In this document: positions 12,501 through 26,092 of the stretch, one piece after another
Numbering within the stretch: the stretch's first letter is position 1
Layout of the letters: the number at the start of each line of letters is the position of its first letter
Assembly (NCBI GenBank): GCA_036630325.1
Contig: CP142734.1
Span: 620,001-684,000, forward strand
DNA: 64,000 nt
Reading direction: 5' to 3'
Origin: Vairimorpha necatrix
Lineage: Eukaryota
Notes under the pieces: generated by a model
The model's database searches: none
What the model was told of the DNA's origin: nothing
The model's input: the letters and a program-made list of their open reading frames with translations, nothing else
Made by a program: the position numbers and the translations under genes

Positions 12501-13533
12501 AGGTTGGTTGCAAAAAAATATTTTTAACAGACCGGATGATTCTTATTTATGCATTAATTAATAATAAAACTCAAATTTTTCAAAAAAAATAGATAACATA
12601 ATTTACTCCGAAGAGAATTCATACATTAAAAAGTAATGTCTATGGGTGCCAGATGGGATTTTTTTCTAATTTTGCAGTATGAAAGATTTTATTGTAGTTT
12701 CATGATAAACATTTATGATATAATATTACAAAGAATATTTTTAGAGACATCTTCATGGTTATTACGTACGAAGAGAAAATTGTGAAGATCAATGAGCACG
12801 AAATAAATTATCTTTAGATTATTCAAATATTATCATCGCGGGTGGTGCACAATAAACTTTTATGTGTTTATCATACAATAGTACAGAGTAATATGGAAGC
12901 ATTCATTGTTCGATTGTCATAACATGAAAATGTTTTATTTTGTTCAGACATATTCTTTTCTTGATTTTCCTTTCCAGGGCCGTCTTATTTATGAGAAAAA
13001 GTTCGGCCTTAAACATGTCATTTGATCATATCCGACAAGTGTTATTTTAAATCAATTACTTATAAAAAGAATTTAAGTACAATAACATATTTTTTCCATT
13101 CTCCAATTTCATAAAATTATTACGTACTTGAAGTTATACAAAATAAACAAAGACTACAATAATACAAATGTAAGTAAAACGATTTTAATATGATTTCGTT
13201 TATAATTCTAAAAAAAATCGTGTGAAAATTATTTTTTCAGTTTGTATAGATAAATAATAGATTTCATTTTTTTTATCTTACTATAGTAAAAAAAGCCAAA
13301 AGAAATAAATAGAAACAAACTTGTCCATTATTTATTTATCTATTAAAAAATAGTTGACTTAGCATTTCAAAGGTTTTAAAATTGATTTTTTATTGTGTAA
13401 TTCGGTTTAATTTACGTATTTTTTTTTCTTTGTGTAAAGAATCAAAACTCAACGTGAAAATAAATAAAAATGTATAAAACTCTATAGTGTATTGATGTAT
13501 TACCTTATTTTCATAAAAATTTTATTCTTTTTT

Positions 13534-14744
13534 CTATTTTCCATCTTTTCCATCTTTGTATTTGCAACTTTCTTTAGGATGTCTTTTCATAAAATCTTTT
13601 CTAGTAAACGTCCTGTTACATCCCTTGCTTGGACATTCAATGCCCTTTATTCCAGTGTGCGAATGGTAATGTCTTTTTACTAGGGTCAATTTATTCCACT
13701 GTTTATTGCAAGTTTCGGGCATATCGTCCCAACCTTTCCACGGAAAAGATATATATTTTTTATCCCCGATAATCTTTACATGAAACATGTTATTAGAATA
13801 CTTTTTACTTTCTTTTATTGGGTTATCCATAACTCGTTTTACTTTTTTATTCCTTAATTTCAGCGCTTTTTTCGTTTTTAAGTTTTCTTTAGGAATATAT
13901 ACTAGTATTCGAATTACTAATATATCTTCATTTTGATCTAAACTAATCTTTTGATTATGTTTTAACTTAATCTGTATGTTTTTTTACCCCTTCACATTCT
14001 GATTTCGCCTCTAATCTTCTACTTTCTGTATTGATTTCTAAGGGTTGTTCATTATCATATTCGTGTGTTGCTTCAAAAAGAATTCCAACATCTTTTTCTT
14101 TTCTAGATTCGTTTTTTGTATGATCTACTTCTTGTTTTGTTTTAGATTTTTCCTTTTCTCTATTTTATTTAAAACATCAGATTTTTCCGATAACTTTCTT
14201 ATTTTTATGTTAGAATTTTTGGTTAGTTCATTTCGGCTTCAAGTGCAGCTTCTAATAAATATTGAAGGTTTGTCTTATTTCTTTTTTTGGTGATACAACT
14301 TCTTGTTTGGCGCATCCAACTAAATATTCAATAGGTAACTTTTCATCATCTTCTTTATAATCGTTAAAACTTTTAGATTTATAAATACTATTTTCGGCGT
14401 TATTTCTAATTTTTATCTGTAGCTTTGTCTTTTTGGCCAGTTCTCGGAACCCCTGATATAAGTATCATATAAATCATCAAATGATCCTGAATCTTGTTTT
14501 CTTTTTAATTTAGAATGTTTTTTCGATGTCATTATCATTTTTTGTATTAGTGCCTGTGTTTTATTTTTCAGTTTTTTTGTTTCTTATCTGCTTTCGACGG
14601 TTTATTTGATTTAGATGTCTTAGAAGATTTTGTTGGCAAAAAGGGTTTTCTGGTTCGTCTCTCTTTTTTGTCATATCCTTCGTTGATTTTTTTTGTTTTT
14701 ATCTCTTAAATGGAGAAAAGGGTTATCGTCTCATGTATACTCAT
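13534..14744 (-). pseudogene. Lys-rich protein with C-terminal C2H2 zinc fingers, disrupted
   Basis: ORF 13534-13830 has CNKQW...VKRHYHSH-TGIKG-IECPSKGCNRTFTRKDFMKRH (two fingers with a TGEKP-like linker). Upstream charged coding-like sequence is broken by stops. 5' limit approximate. Confidence 0.6.
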
Positions 14745-15459
14745 ATTTGTTTTATCTTACATAATTTCAAAATGTAATCAGAGAAAATAACAAAACTTGT
14801 TTTTGTAATGTTTAATTGTTTACTTACAAATATTTATAATGCTTCTAACAATTATAAGCACTTATGTTGCAAATCGATAGAATATTATGAATCAAACAAT
14901 TTATATACAAAACAATACAATACATATATAAATATAAAAAATAATATAATTTATTAACAAATATCGTTTTTTGATTTCTAAATTTTTGGACATGATGATA
15001 AATCTAATTACACAAAAGTTATATTTTTTATCTATAACAAATATTATAAAATTAAATAGGTTTGAATAAAACTTAGGTCAATATTTTGTCAAATTAATTT
15101 ACATTATTGTTTACTATATAATTGATAACAAATTGTATTTTTTTATATGCTAATTCTCTCATTTAAACACTGAAATTTTACCTTTGTAAATGTCCCATCC
15201 ACGTCATTCCTGTTAAATAAAGCGACAAATATTTTTTCGAAAAGACCATCAAATTTCCATTTAGTGACTTAATTAAAAATGATCTAACTCAAAATGATTA
15301 TTAAATTTTTTTGGGTTGGTTTAATCTTCTTTTATATCCATTCAGAATCATATAAAAGTTTTTTTTATTTATAATCTTAAAAAATATAACTGTTATTATA
15401 GTATTTATGTATATATAAAAAAATTCTTGTAAAGTATAAAACAGAAATTTTAAAGTACA

Positions 15460-15669
15460 TTATAAATGTATTTTTGTGATGTTTCCACCGGGGAGATGGC
15501 TATTTTGTAAATAGCATTCAATGATGCTTTTCCCTGCATTTAAATTAGTTTTATTTATATTGCATTTATTATTGATATTCCCATGTGGGTAATTAGCTGT
15601 CCTCTTGTAAGGGGGTAAGTCCCTTGGTGACCTCCCATAATTGTAGTAGTGACTCTTCTTCTCGCTCAT
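15460..15669 (-). CDS. Possible small host ORF or gene fragment (69 aa)
   Basis: ATG preceded by TTTAACCCACAAAAAAAGG (CCC motif). Locally higher GC. No recognisable domain. Confidence 0.25.
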   Translation of the reverse strand: MSEKKSHYYNYGRSPRDLPPYKRTANYPHGNINNKCNINKTNLNAGKSIIECYLQNSHLPGGNITKIHL

Positions 15670-16183
15670 CCTTTTTTTGTGGGTTAAAATAAAAGGAAAA
15701 TAATAATAGCAAAATATTTTCTAGAAAATTAACTTGAAGAGAAATAAGAATAAAAATTAATAATGTGGTAAATATTACCACAATTTTCGGGCTTATAATT
15801 TAGATAGCTTAATATTTAAGAATTTCTGCGTTATTAATTATAATGTTAGTTTTCATATATGAACATGTAAATCCATAGAATTTATTTATAAGTTAGTTAT
15901 ATTATAATTAATATTGTATAAATAGTCTACTCCTATTATTAATATATATTACAAACTCAAAAGTGCATCTTATTTTTAAGAAAGTAAACAAAAAACTCAT
16001 TTATTGATTTTTAGAATTTATTCATGCAAAAATGTTTAAAAAGACTTTAGTTTATGCAAGTCTAAAGTGTTTAAAAAAATTAGAAATTGTTGATGACTTT
16101 AAATTTAAAATTTAAATATATTGTATGTGCATTTTTTTAGATTAGTATTAAATGGAAATATTATAAACTTCAAATATAACTTA

Positions 16184-16488
16184 TGTGATTAGACACGATG
16201 TCTGATCTGAAATAGATGACGGAGTATCAATAATAGATTTATTTGGGTTATTTGTTGTAGCCATGATTTCGGGCAAGGGCTGGAAAATAAATAGGAAATA
16301 TTTGGAATAGACCATTTCGACGGTCTATTCCGAAAGGAGTAAATTGCTAAAATAAAAGTAACTCTCTAAATGCTCGTATTCAATATTAATTAACCACCTG
16401 TGCTTATATCATCCTCCACATTTATATTAATATTAGAATCAGTCACCTTTGAGGATTCTTATTGTCAGCGTAGGTTCGTCGCCTGACA
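16184..16488 (-). repeat. 3' LTR of gypsy 16184-24307
   Basis: Direct repeat of 23999-24307 with scattered substitutions. Confidence 0.95.
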
Positions 16489-19400
16489 CTATCCCTCTCT
16501 CAGAAGAAATCCATTCTAATGGATCTGAATCCTCTATCTTTACAATATCTTTTCTGTTAACTGAAAATGTTTTTCCATAAAGATCTTCTATTTCGTAATT
16601 GCCTTTTCGGCCTTTCTTTAAAACCTTATAAATACCTTCAAAATTACAGTCAAGCTTGTTTCTTTTTTCTTTTGTAATTTTTCCCTTCTGACGTAGTCGT
16701 TCAAGTCGAGATCCTCTACGTCTCTACCTTTTTTTATTACCTTAAGCGCTATCTCTCTGATCTCCTTTTCTTCCGCAATCAGCATCTTTCTGAATTCATT
16801 GAGCCTCTCGGCAATCAATCCGTTTTCTTCTAAGATTTCTGGTTCCTCCTGGTTATAACTGTTTTGTTTCCTACCGTAGATCCGTTCGAACGGTGAATTT
16901 CGTGTGCTCTTTCTTGGGGAAATTCGGTATGCATAGATTGCATATGGAAGGAACTCATCCCACATCTTCCACCTTCCATCTACCAACTTAGCCAACTTTC
17001 CGACTAGTGTTTGGTTTGTCCTCTCGGCCAACCCGTTGCATTTTGGGTTATAGCTTGATATGAATGATTTTCTACCCTTCATCATTTCACATATCTTTTT
17101 TACTAACCCGTTGGTGAATTCCTTACCTTGGTCTGCAAAATCTCTCTTTGCGATCCATGGATTAAAAATATTTTCTCGACTAAGAATTTGGCTATCATGT
17201 TAGACGATTTGGTTTTAATTGCATCTGCCTCGCACCATCCAGTGACGTAATCTGTCGCTATCACAATGTATCTGTTACCATCATAGCTTTTCGGCAGAGG
17301 TCCTACTAAGTCTATTCCTATTTTATCCAGTGGATTTGTCAGCGACAATCTGTATTTCTGCAGGGGTGTTTGTCCTTTACAGTGTCTATTGCATGTACTG
17401 CATCCTTTAGGTATACTTATGATGTCTTTGCACGTCCCTTTCCAACTGGTTTCACGTAACGTCAGAACGTATGTGGCCTCGACTCCTCCATGGCCGCATT
17501 CTAGGTGGTTTCTCAACACGACCTCGGGGTTTTCCTCGGCTGTCATCTCTTTGTCCTTCTCCACACCCTTCGATATCATTACGATTCGGCTTAAAGCATC
17601 CGCCATCACATTCTTTGTCCCTGGTATGTGTTTGATTACGTAGTTATACTCCTGTAAGGCCAGTATCCACCTCATTAATCTTCCCGTACTATCTTTTAAG
17701 TTTAAGAGCCATTTTAGAGCTTGATGGTCGGTTCGTATCGTAAATTCTCTTGTTATGTAGATTCTCAGTTTTTTCACCGCCCATACGATTGCTAGGCATT
17801 CTTTTTCGGTAAAGTGTAGTTTATTTCTGCAGCTAGAAGTCGTCTTGATATACAGATGACTGGTTTGACCGTGCCATCCTCATCCTCTTGAGACAGAACA
17901 GCCCCTATCGCTAGGTTTGACGCGTCGGTATCTAGGTAAAATCTTTTTTTAAAATCTGGCAACCTGAGCCCAGATGCATTTCTTATTTCTTGTTCTATTT
18001 CACGAATGCCCCTGTGGCAGCCTCAGTCATCTCAAATTTCCCATGTTTTTTCCCTCGAATTGTATCATATAAAGGTATCATCTTTTCCGCATAGTTTTGG
18101 ATAAATTTGCTAAAAAATGCTGAGAAGCCGTTAAAAGCTCTGACGTCCTTTTTTGATCTTGAAGTCACCCAGTCCATGGTTCTCAACTTTTGTTGTAACG
18201 GTATTGTCACCAATCCGTCTACCACCGTGAATCCCAAGAACTCTACCTTATTTTGAACGAATTTACATTTTTCTTTCTTTAATTTAAATCCTATGTTCTT
18301 GATTATCTCTAATACAAGTCTTAGATGTTCCATATGTGATGCGTGGTCTTTTGAGTACACAAGTATATCGTCTAATTACACCATGACAAATTTGTACATG
18401 TACTTTGAAAAATATTTATTCATTTTCTTCTGAAACGTAAATGGCGCGTTGATTAGTCCAAACGGCATCTTTTTTCATTGGTAAATTCCTTCTCTCGTAT
18501 AAAAGGCCGTCTTTTATCGGTCCTCCACGCGTACACTTAATCGGTTGTAGGTCGCTTCAACGTCCATCGCACTAAAGATTTCGCCCCTTGCAACTGGTCT
18601 AGAGTCTCATCGATTCTCGGTATTGGATATTCTAACGGAATTGTTATCTTGTTTATTCTTCTGAAATCAATGCAGAATCTTATCCCTCCATCTTTCTTCT
18701 TACACAAGACCACTGGTGAGACATATTGGCTTTCGCTTTCTTCTATAACGCCTTTTTCTAAAACTTCTTAACTTCTTCCTTGATAGTTTTATGTTCTTCA
18801 GGAGATCTCTTATATTCCGGACATGCTGTGATTTTACCATTTTCCACTAGGTCTATTGCGTGCTCAATATCAATGTTTATTGGCCTATCCGTATCAGTAA
18901 ATACCTCAGAATAATTTTGTAAGATTTTCTTGTAACTATCCTTTATGTTCGCATCTCCGCAGTCCATGTTCTTAACAAGATCAGTAATATCTTCGAGTGG
19001 TAATGTTTCTTTTATGTCGACTCTCGCTTCCATAATGACTTCAGTTCTAGAGTTCTTTTTTTTTCTTTCCTTCCAGTGATAAATGGAACCAACTTAAGTT
19101 TTCTAACATCGTCGATGCCAAAGATTAATGACTCTTCCATATCGTCGACCCCAAGAACCTTTTTTACTTCTTCGTGTTTTGTGTATTCTCTTCTTATTCG
19201 AAGGTTGCCACATCCCAACACCTTTGGATACCGGACAATCCTCTTATCTTCCCCGCTGTTTTGGTCATTCTCATGCCCATGTTTGTGGATTCCTTTCGCT
19301 TTATAACCGATACTGTAGCCCCAGTAGCTATAAATGCTTCTAGGGAATGTTCGCCGCCTGTGAGCTGTAGTCTCGGCCTATTGTCATTTTCTTTTCTGAC

Positions 19401-20100
19401 TGTAGCTGATATGTTTAATACTTTTCTTTTAGGTTGCCATTTAGGTTTCTCATTTTCTCTTGTCTGGGTCTTCTCAGGCTCCGAATTCTCCTTCATTATC
19501 TTTTTAGTTTCAAAAGTTTTTTTCTTAGAAAATGGTTTTAACTTTTTATTAAGAATCTCTTCTTTTCGCTCAAGGTATTCCTCAAAATCAGAGGTGGGCA
19601 AAAGCCGGCCCGCGGGCCGGATCCGGCCCTTTTGCTAATTTTATTCGGCCCGCTGAAAAATTTTAACGCAATTTTTTAAAACTCTTTATGAGATTTTGTT
19701 GACATAAACATTATTAGTATGCGAACTGTATATATAATAGGCGAAATAAAATAAGCGTTTGGCTGATTACACTAGTGTGAACGATGCGGGTCGCTCGCGA
19801 CAATCGCTCTCATGGCGAAGTTTCCATCGAACACAAAGTAGATCGCGCTAGGTTTAAAATGCATGTGTGGACGACATATGCAGCACTCCTCTCAGCCTCT
19901 CAATGTTTGGGGGACGACAGATCGCAGCCAAGGTATTGTTAATTATTATTTTATTCTGATCGCATACTCTTTTTTAGTTCGAATCTACCATTGGTTTGCA
20001 TATATAAAATTGAAAAAGTGGACTTTTTGTAAGTAAATTTTTAAAACTTTGGTGTTTTTTTATTGTTTTTATTTAACTTATTTTTTGTAGCCCTTTTAAA

Positions 20101-23096
20101 ATGAGAGAAACTAAAAAAAGAAAAGTTGATTTGGAATGCAGAAACTTCAATGAAGCTTGGACGGTAAAATATCTTTTTACAAACATTAATAAGAAAGCAA
20201 TTTGTTTAGTTTGTCAGGAAACAATTGCTGTTTTCAAAGAATACAATTTAAGCAGGCATTTCCCAACAAAACATCCAAAATATGCATCACTTTCTTTACA
20301 AGAACTTCAAAACATAGCTGAAAACTTAACAAAAAACTTGATTCAGCAACAAAAAATTTTTACCAAACGAATTAATATTGTAAAATCTACTACAAAAGCA
20401 AGTTATGTTGTCGCACACAAATTTGCTAAGTTCTGTAAGCCGTTTTCAGAAGCAGAATTTGTTAAACAATGCATGGTACAAGTGTCGGATATATGTTGTC
20501 CTGAAAAGAAACATATTTTTGAAAATCTAAGCCTTTCGAGAAGAACAATAGTACTCCGGATTGAAAATATTTCAGGAAACTTACTTAACCAGCTAAGCAG
20601 AAAAATTGCTGATTTTACCTATTGTACTCTGGCTTTAGATGAATCCTGCGGCGCTACAAAATTATCTCGGCCAGGGGGTGAAAATAGGGGTAAAAAATAA
20701 ATAATTCGTTCAAATTTAAAGAATAACTTTTTCTTGGCCGAGATAATTGAGTAAAAGTGAAAAAAGGGTAAAAATTTGCCCCAAACATGGAAAGACCTAT
20801 TGACGAGCTAACAAGCTTAGACTTCTCCCACAAAATATTCCAAAGCAACAAAAGAACATTGGAATTTTTCACAAGACATGGAGTTTTTCAAAGTTCTCTT
20901 ATTTGTGATAAGTGTGGTAGTGCTAATCGCTTGCAAACCGAGAGAAAAGCACTAGACGGGAAAATTTTCCGATGTGTTAACACATCATGTAGGAGAATGA
21001 TGTCCATAAGGAAGGGTTCAAAGTTAGAAAAAATAAGAATTGATGCAAACAAACTTTAAAAGAAATACATTGCTGGATTTTTAATGCCAGCAGCTATCAC
21101 GCAGTAAATTCATGACAAATATCTGAGCCAACCTACATAAAACTAAAAAACATAATTGATGAACTGATTGGGGAAAGAGAACAAGAGGAGATACAGATTG
21201 GCGGTGAAGGCGTCGAAGTACAATTCGACGAAACTGCTATCTGTAATGGGTTAATAATCGAAAACCCATCAAGTGTAGATGATGATATTCCTGGGATACA
21301 ATGGATTTTAGGCGGCGTAGAGAAGGATAATTTCAGAAATTTTGTTTTAAAAATAATTCCAAACAGAAAAAAAGAAACAATATTTGAGTTTTTTAAACAA
21401 TATAATAGGCCGGGTTCTATAATAGTAACAGATGGATATCCTTCGTATCCATGGGCAGTGCGTCAATTTGGGTCAGTTCACTACGTTGTAAATCACAGTG
21501 AAGGGTTTAGCACACAGGGAGTAACAAACACCAATCGAATTGAAAACCTGTGGTCTCATTTGAAGCAGCAATATCGTGCACGAGGTGGTGTATATAAAAA
21601 GAGAATCCAAATATTTTTTAATGAATTCGTATGGGAAAAAAAGAAATAACAATATTATGACCCCAAATCCCTTCTTTTAGCCTTCTTTTAGATATCATTA
21701 CTTTTTCTACATCTTCCAATTAAAATTTTAATTCAGTTTTTTTCCTAATTTTTTTTTAAAAATTTTCTATCTCCCGACTTTTTATTTTTTTTACCCCTCT
21801 TTTGAAAAGTGGCCGAGATAATTTAGTAGCGCCAGTCCTGCGATATTACTGATACAAGTCAATTATTAATATTTATTCGCGGCATTAATAAGAAATGTGA
21901 AATTAGCGAGGAACTTCTTAGTGTGCATCCAATGAAAAATACAACTACTGGTAAAGACTTTTTTCTCGCTGTTGAAGAGTGTTAAGTTAAAGTTAGTTTA
22001 ACTTGGAATAAAATAGTAAGCGTCACTACGGATGGCTGTCCTAGTTTAAGAGGGGAAAATAACGGCTTCTTAAACGAATTCGCGACAAAGTAAAAAAGTT
22101 ACAACCAGAACACGATATATTATTTTTGCACTGCATTATTCACCAAGAAATGCTATGCAGAAAAGTTTTGAAATTGAATCACGTCGTTACTGTTGTGACC
22201 AAAGTTTTAAATTTTAACCGAGGACGTGCTTTAAATCATCGACAGTTTCTTGAATTTTTGAAAGAAATTGAAAGTGACTACTACGAAATTCCCTATTACA
22301 CTGAAGTGAGATGGCTTAGCATTGGTAAAGTTTTACATAGATTTCAATATTTGCTTGATGAAATAGTATCATATTTGTCGATAAAAGAAAAAATACAAGA
22401 TTTTCCTGAATTGCAAAATGAGGCTTGGCTAAACGATTTCTCGTTTTCAGTAGATATAGTAAAATATTTGAATGAACTAAATATAAATCTACAAGGTAAA
22501 AACCAATTCGCTTTCAATATGCACTTAAACGTCAAAGCATTTATGACAAAACTCAATTTATTTGCTGAAAACTTTAATAATAAATTATTAAATCATTTCC
22601 CCTCATTGCAAGCAGGCGAAAATCATTAAAAAATACAGATTTTTTTAAATATAGTGCAATAACACAAGACCTGCATTCTGAATTCCAAAGAAGATTTCAA
22701 AGATATTGAAAAACTTTTATCATTAGTTAGCCATCCTTTCATTTTTGACGTGCAAGAAGCTCCTGTTGAAATTCAATTAAAATTAATTGACTTACAATCA
22801 AAAAATTTACTAAAAGAAAAATTTCATTCAAACGAATTGAGTGCTTTCTATGGCGCGTTAAATATTGAACATTTCAAATATTTTTTGAACTATGCTCAGA
22901 AATATCTTGTTTTATTTGGTTCGACTTATATTTGTGAAAGAACCTTTTCTTTAATGGTTCCACGAAAAATAAGTATCGATCATAAATTACTGACGAAAAT
23001 CTACACTAAGCATTAAGGATTGCTACAAGTGATTTAGAACCTAATTTTGAAAAAATAATGTCGGATGAACATTCAACATTTCACGTTTCGCATTAA
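20101..23096 (+). pseudogene. hAT transposase (GTF2IRD2/SPIN-like), interrupted by a Merlin and frameshifted
   Basis: KKRKVD, BED-like CLVC...YNLSRHF, ALDESC|DITD, VTTDGCPS, HCIIHQE, VRWLS, FGSTYICERTFS. Confidence 0.92.
20650..21833 (+). mobile_element. Merlin DNA transposon, family M3, nested in the hAT transposase
   Basis: TIRs GGCGCTACAAAATTATCTCGGCCA and TGGCCGAGATAATTTAGTAGCGCC. TSD AATCCTGC/AGTCCTGC. Transposase pieces 20787-21649 (IGGEGVEVQFDET, VTDGYPSY, NTNRIENLW). Confidence 0.93.
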
Positions 23097-23998
23097 AATT
23101 AAAAATTTGTTTTAACGTTTGATTTTTTTTTTCTTTTTTGAATTTTTTTTATATTATATTTAGAGATGCAATATAAATGTTAAATTGTAATAACCATGTA
23201 TCAATATAAAATAATTAATATCGTTAAGATATAAATAAGTAACAAAATAAAACCTTTTATTGTGTGGTTTATCTAATAGCCATTTATTTATAATAATATT
23301 TCCTTAAAAGGTACTTGACATATTTTATTCTAATTGAAATGATACTTAATATTTTTGTAAAAAAATGGGCAGGGGAAAAACTTCATCCAAAATTTCCGCT
23401 TGTGTAAAGCAAAGCCGAAATATTCTTCCGGCTTGGGAGACATTTTAAAAAATTCATTTGGGCCCACAGCTTTAAAGTATTTGCCACCTCTGCTCAAGAT
23501 CATCCCAGTCACTACACTTTTCTATATTATCTCTAATATATTCATCTTCAAATAATTCCATTGGCCGCTCTCTACTTCTTATGAATAGCGTCTCCACTTT
23601 CTCGGCGTATATTTTTAAGTTGTAGGCATATGAAAGTACATCTGGGTATTTAGGGCCCTCTTTTATGCAATTCCAAAACATTTCCGCTTTCTGAGTACTC
23701 GTCTCCTTTTTATTGTACTTCTTCTTAAATTTCTTAAAAAACCTTGTAGGTTGGCATGTCTTCTTGGTTTGCCTTAAACCATAGTTCCGCCCTACATTTT
23801 AGCTTCGCAGTTACCTTCAAATATATACGTTTTGCGTCCATTGTTTTTCATATTCAATAAATTGATTTAGGAATGCTTTTTGGTCCTCTCCCTTTAGTCC
23901 TTAAACTCATACCACTTTTCAACCACCAACAGATTTCTCAACCTGTGTAACACTGAATCCATTGTCTCATTTGTTTGAATCGCTTCGTTGTCGCCATT

Positions 23999-24307
23999 TG
24001 TGATCAGACACGATGTCTGATCTGAAATAGATGACGGAGTATCAATAATAGATTTATTTGGGTTATTTGTTGTAGCCATAATTCCGGGTAAGGGCTGGAA
24101 AATAAATAAATAGGAAATATTTGGAATAGACCATTTCGACGGTCTATTCCGAAAAGAGTAAATTTCTAAAATAAAAGTAACTCTCCAAATGCTCGTATTC
24201 AATATTAATTAACCCCCTGTCGCTTATATCATCCTCCACATTTATATTAAATAAGAATCAGTCGCCTTTGGGGATTCTTATTGTCAGTGTAGATCTGTAG
24301 TCTGACA
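23999..24307 (-). repeat. 5' LTR of gypsy 16184-24307
   Basis: Direct repeat of 16184-16488, followed on the minus strand by the PBS. Confidence 0.95.
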
Positions 24308-25353
24308 ACTTATAAAAGGCCATAGAACAGAAACTTGATTTATAGCTTAATATCTATAAATTTTTTTTACAAAAAAAATTCATCGAATTTTGATAAACCT
24401 ATTCTTTAATAAATCTATAACTGCGTTCATATTCTGATCATAACCCAATATCACAATAAAATAAATCCTTGAGTTAAAAACCCGCTTTTTATAGAACTAA
24501 TATATTGTAAGGTTTGGCAGAAAACTTTATAGATATTAAATTTTGGAATTTACTACAAAAAAAAATTGCTATTAGTTATTTCATCAAAAAAGGTCGAATC
24601 AAAAATTTTTACTCAAAGAAAATAAACTAGGATCACTTTATTTATAAGAAAAAAATTGATATTCGTACTACAAACGTACAAAAAATACAAAAATGTTTAC
24701 GCATCTAGTTCAAAACTAATAATGTCATTAAGCTAGATACACTTCAACCTTTAAAATAATTCATATTGATTTGCAATATAAAAATACATAACAAAAAGTT
24801 TTTGATATCAAATCATTTTTTCGTACATATAAAAAGAAATTCACAATGATAATCTACATTGAATTTGGAACTTTACATAATTATTTAACATTCTATCTTG
24901 GGAATAAAACAAATAAAATATTTATTTTTGCATATTGTTTTAATTGTAGACCAATGGTATTTTTTTAGATTGTATTGTGAGGATTGCTAGATTTTATATT
25001 GTCTAAATTCGTATACTAAGAGACAATTATGATTTTTTCGGAAAATTTATCATATTTTCAAAATTATCCTACATAAATTATCAAAGGTCAATCAAATATG
25101 GTTAAATATTGTTTATGTTCTATCTATATAATTATTACTTTTGAAATATAGCAATATAAAAATAAATCAAATATTACTGCTTTCCTTTTATTCATTCCAA
25201 GTATCGTTAGGATGTTATCTGTTTATCATGCACAATAATTACGATATTAATTTTTATGTTAAAATAACATAAAAAATAGGTGGAGAGATTATGAAATGTA
25301 CGAAGTTTTTGAAATTATTAAATAAGTTCTTTTAGTACTTTATAAAAATTCTT

Positions 25354-26092
25354 GGCGCAACGGTCTGGGCCCGGACTTTTTTCTCTATAAGGGGGGACCC
25401 AAGAGCGAAACGAAAAAAATACTATTAATTTAAGCATTTGATTCTAAAAAAATTTGATGATTTAAATGGAAATATCTCTACAACTTATGATATTTTTATA
25501 TATTACACATCTTATTCTCCATTTATATTCCTAAAATTTTGGGATCGCTCTTTCTTTAATCCCTTTTCTAGCTATCATATAACATTTAAGATGTGACCAG
25601 GATCCCTCTATTAAATTTATGGCCTTCCCTGCTTCGTTTTTAAAGCCGTCACGTGGACATAACGCGATGATTAGAGTTGATGGATTCTTCTGCTGCGGGT
25701 TAGGATTTGTGCTCATTAGTTATACAAATAGTTTGGTTTTTTATGTATTTTTTGAAAAACTGAGTCATCGTCTGAATAGTTCGTTTAGGCGCAATCTCGA
25801 TTTTCAATGTTAACGTTCGATCGTCTATAGTACCGACCAACCATGTGCTGTTTTTGACTGTGCCATATCTTTTCGGTGGTGGATTGACAGGTTTCCCTTT
25901 TACTATAACCTTTTCATCGGTCTGTATCACTTCTTTAAACCCTTCTATTTTTTTAGTGCTTGATGTTTTCCTTTTTTAATGCTTCGTATATTTTTTTTTG
26001 TGCCTGAAGACACTGTTAGCTGTCACGCGGGAATTTTTGTTTTGATTTAGTGTAGACTGCTTTTTTAGTGAATGAATACAGAATATACAAAT
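25354..26092 (-). mobile_element. Merlin family M4, 3' half, truncated by a gypsy insertion
   Basis: GG-starting terminus GGCGCAACGGTCTGGGCCCGGAC. Minus-strand VIQTDE, WLVGTID, NLIEGSWSHLK. Partner TIR not found. Confidence 0.75.

Larger units (their letters stand above)
19589..23492 (+). mobile_element. hAT transposon (Buster/SPIN/Charlie-like) inserted in gypsy gag
   Basis: Termini CAGAGGTGGGCAAA and TTTGCCACCTCTG. Subterminal CGGCCCGCGGGCCGGATCCGGCCC. 8-bp TSD CTCAAAAT/CTCAAGAT. Confidence 0.93.
16184..24307 (-). mobile_element. Full-length decayed Ty3/gypsy LTR retrotransposon carrying a nested hAT
   Basis: LTRs 23999-24307 (5') and 16184-16488 (3'), TG...CA. Perfect TSD ACTTA. PBS TGGCGACAACG. 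PPT AGAGAGGGATAG. Domain order gag-PR-RT-RH-INT (V*LDDIL, DTDASN, TDHQAL, GIDLVGP, CNGLAERTN). Confidence 0.95.

Noticed and set aside
9000..13400. Host genes in the long AT-rich tract
   Set aside because: Only short ORFs with no recognisable motif. Possibly decayed coding sequence, but not supportable by eye.
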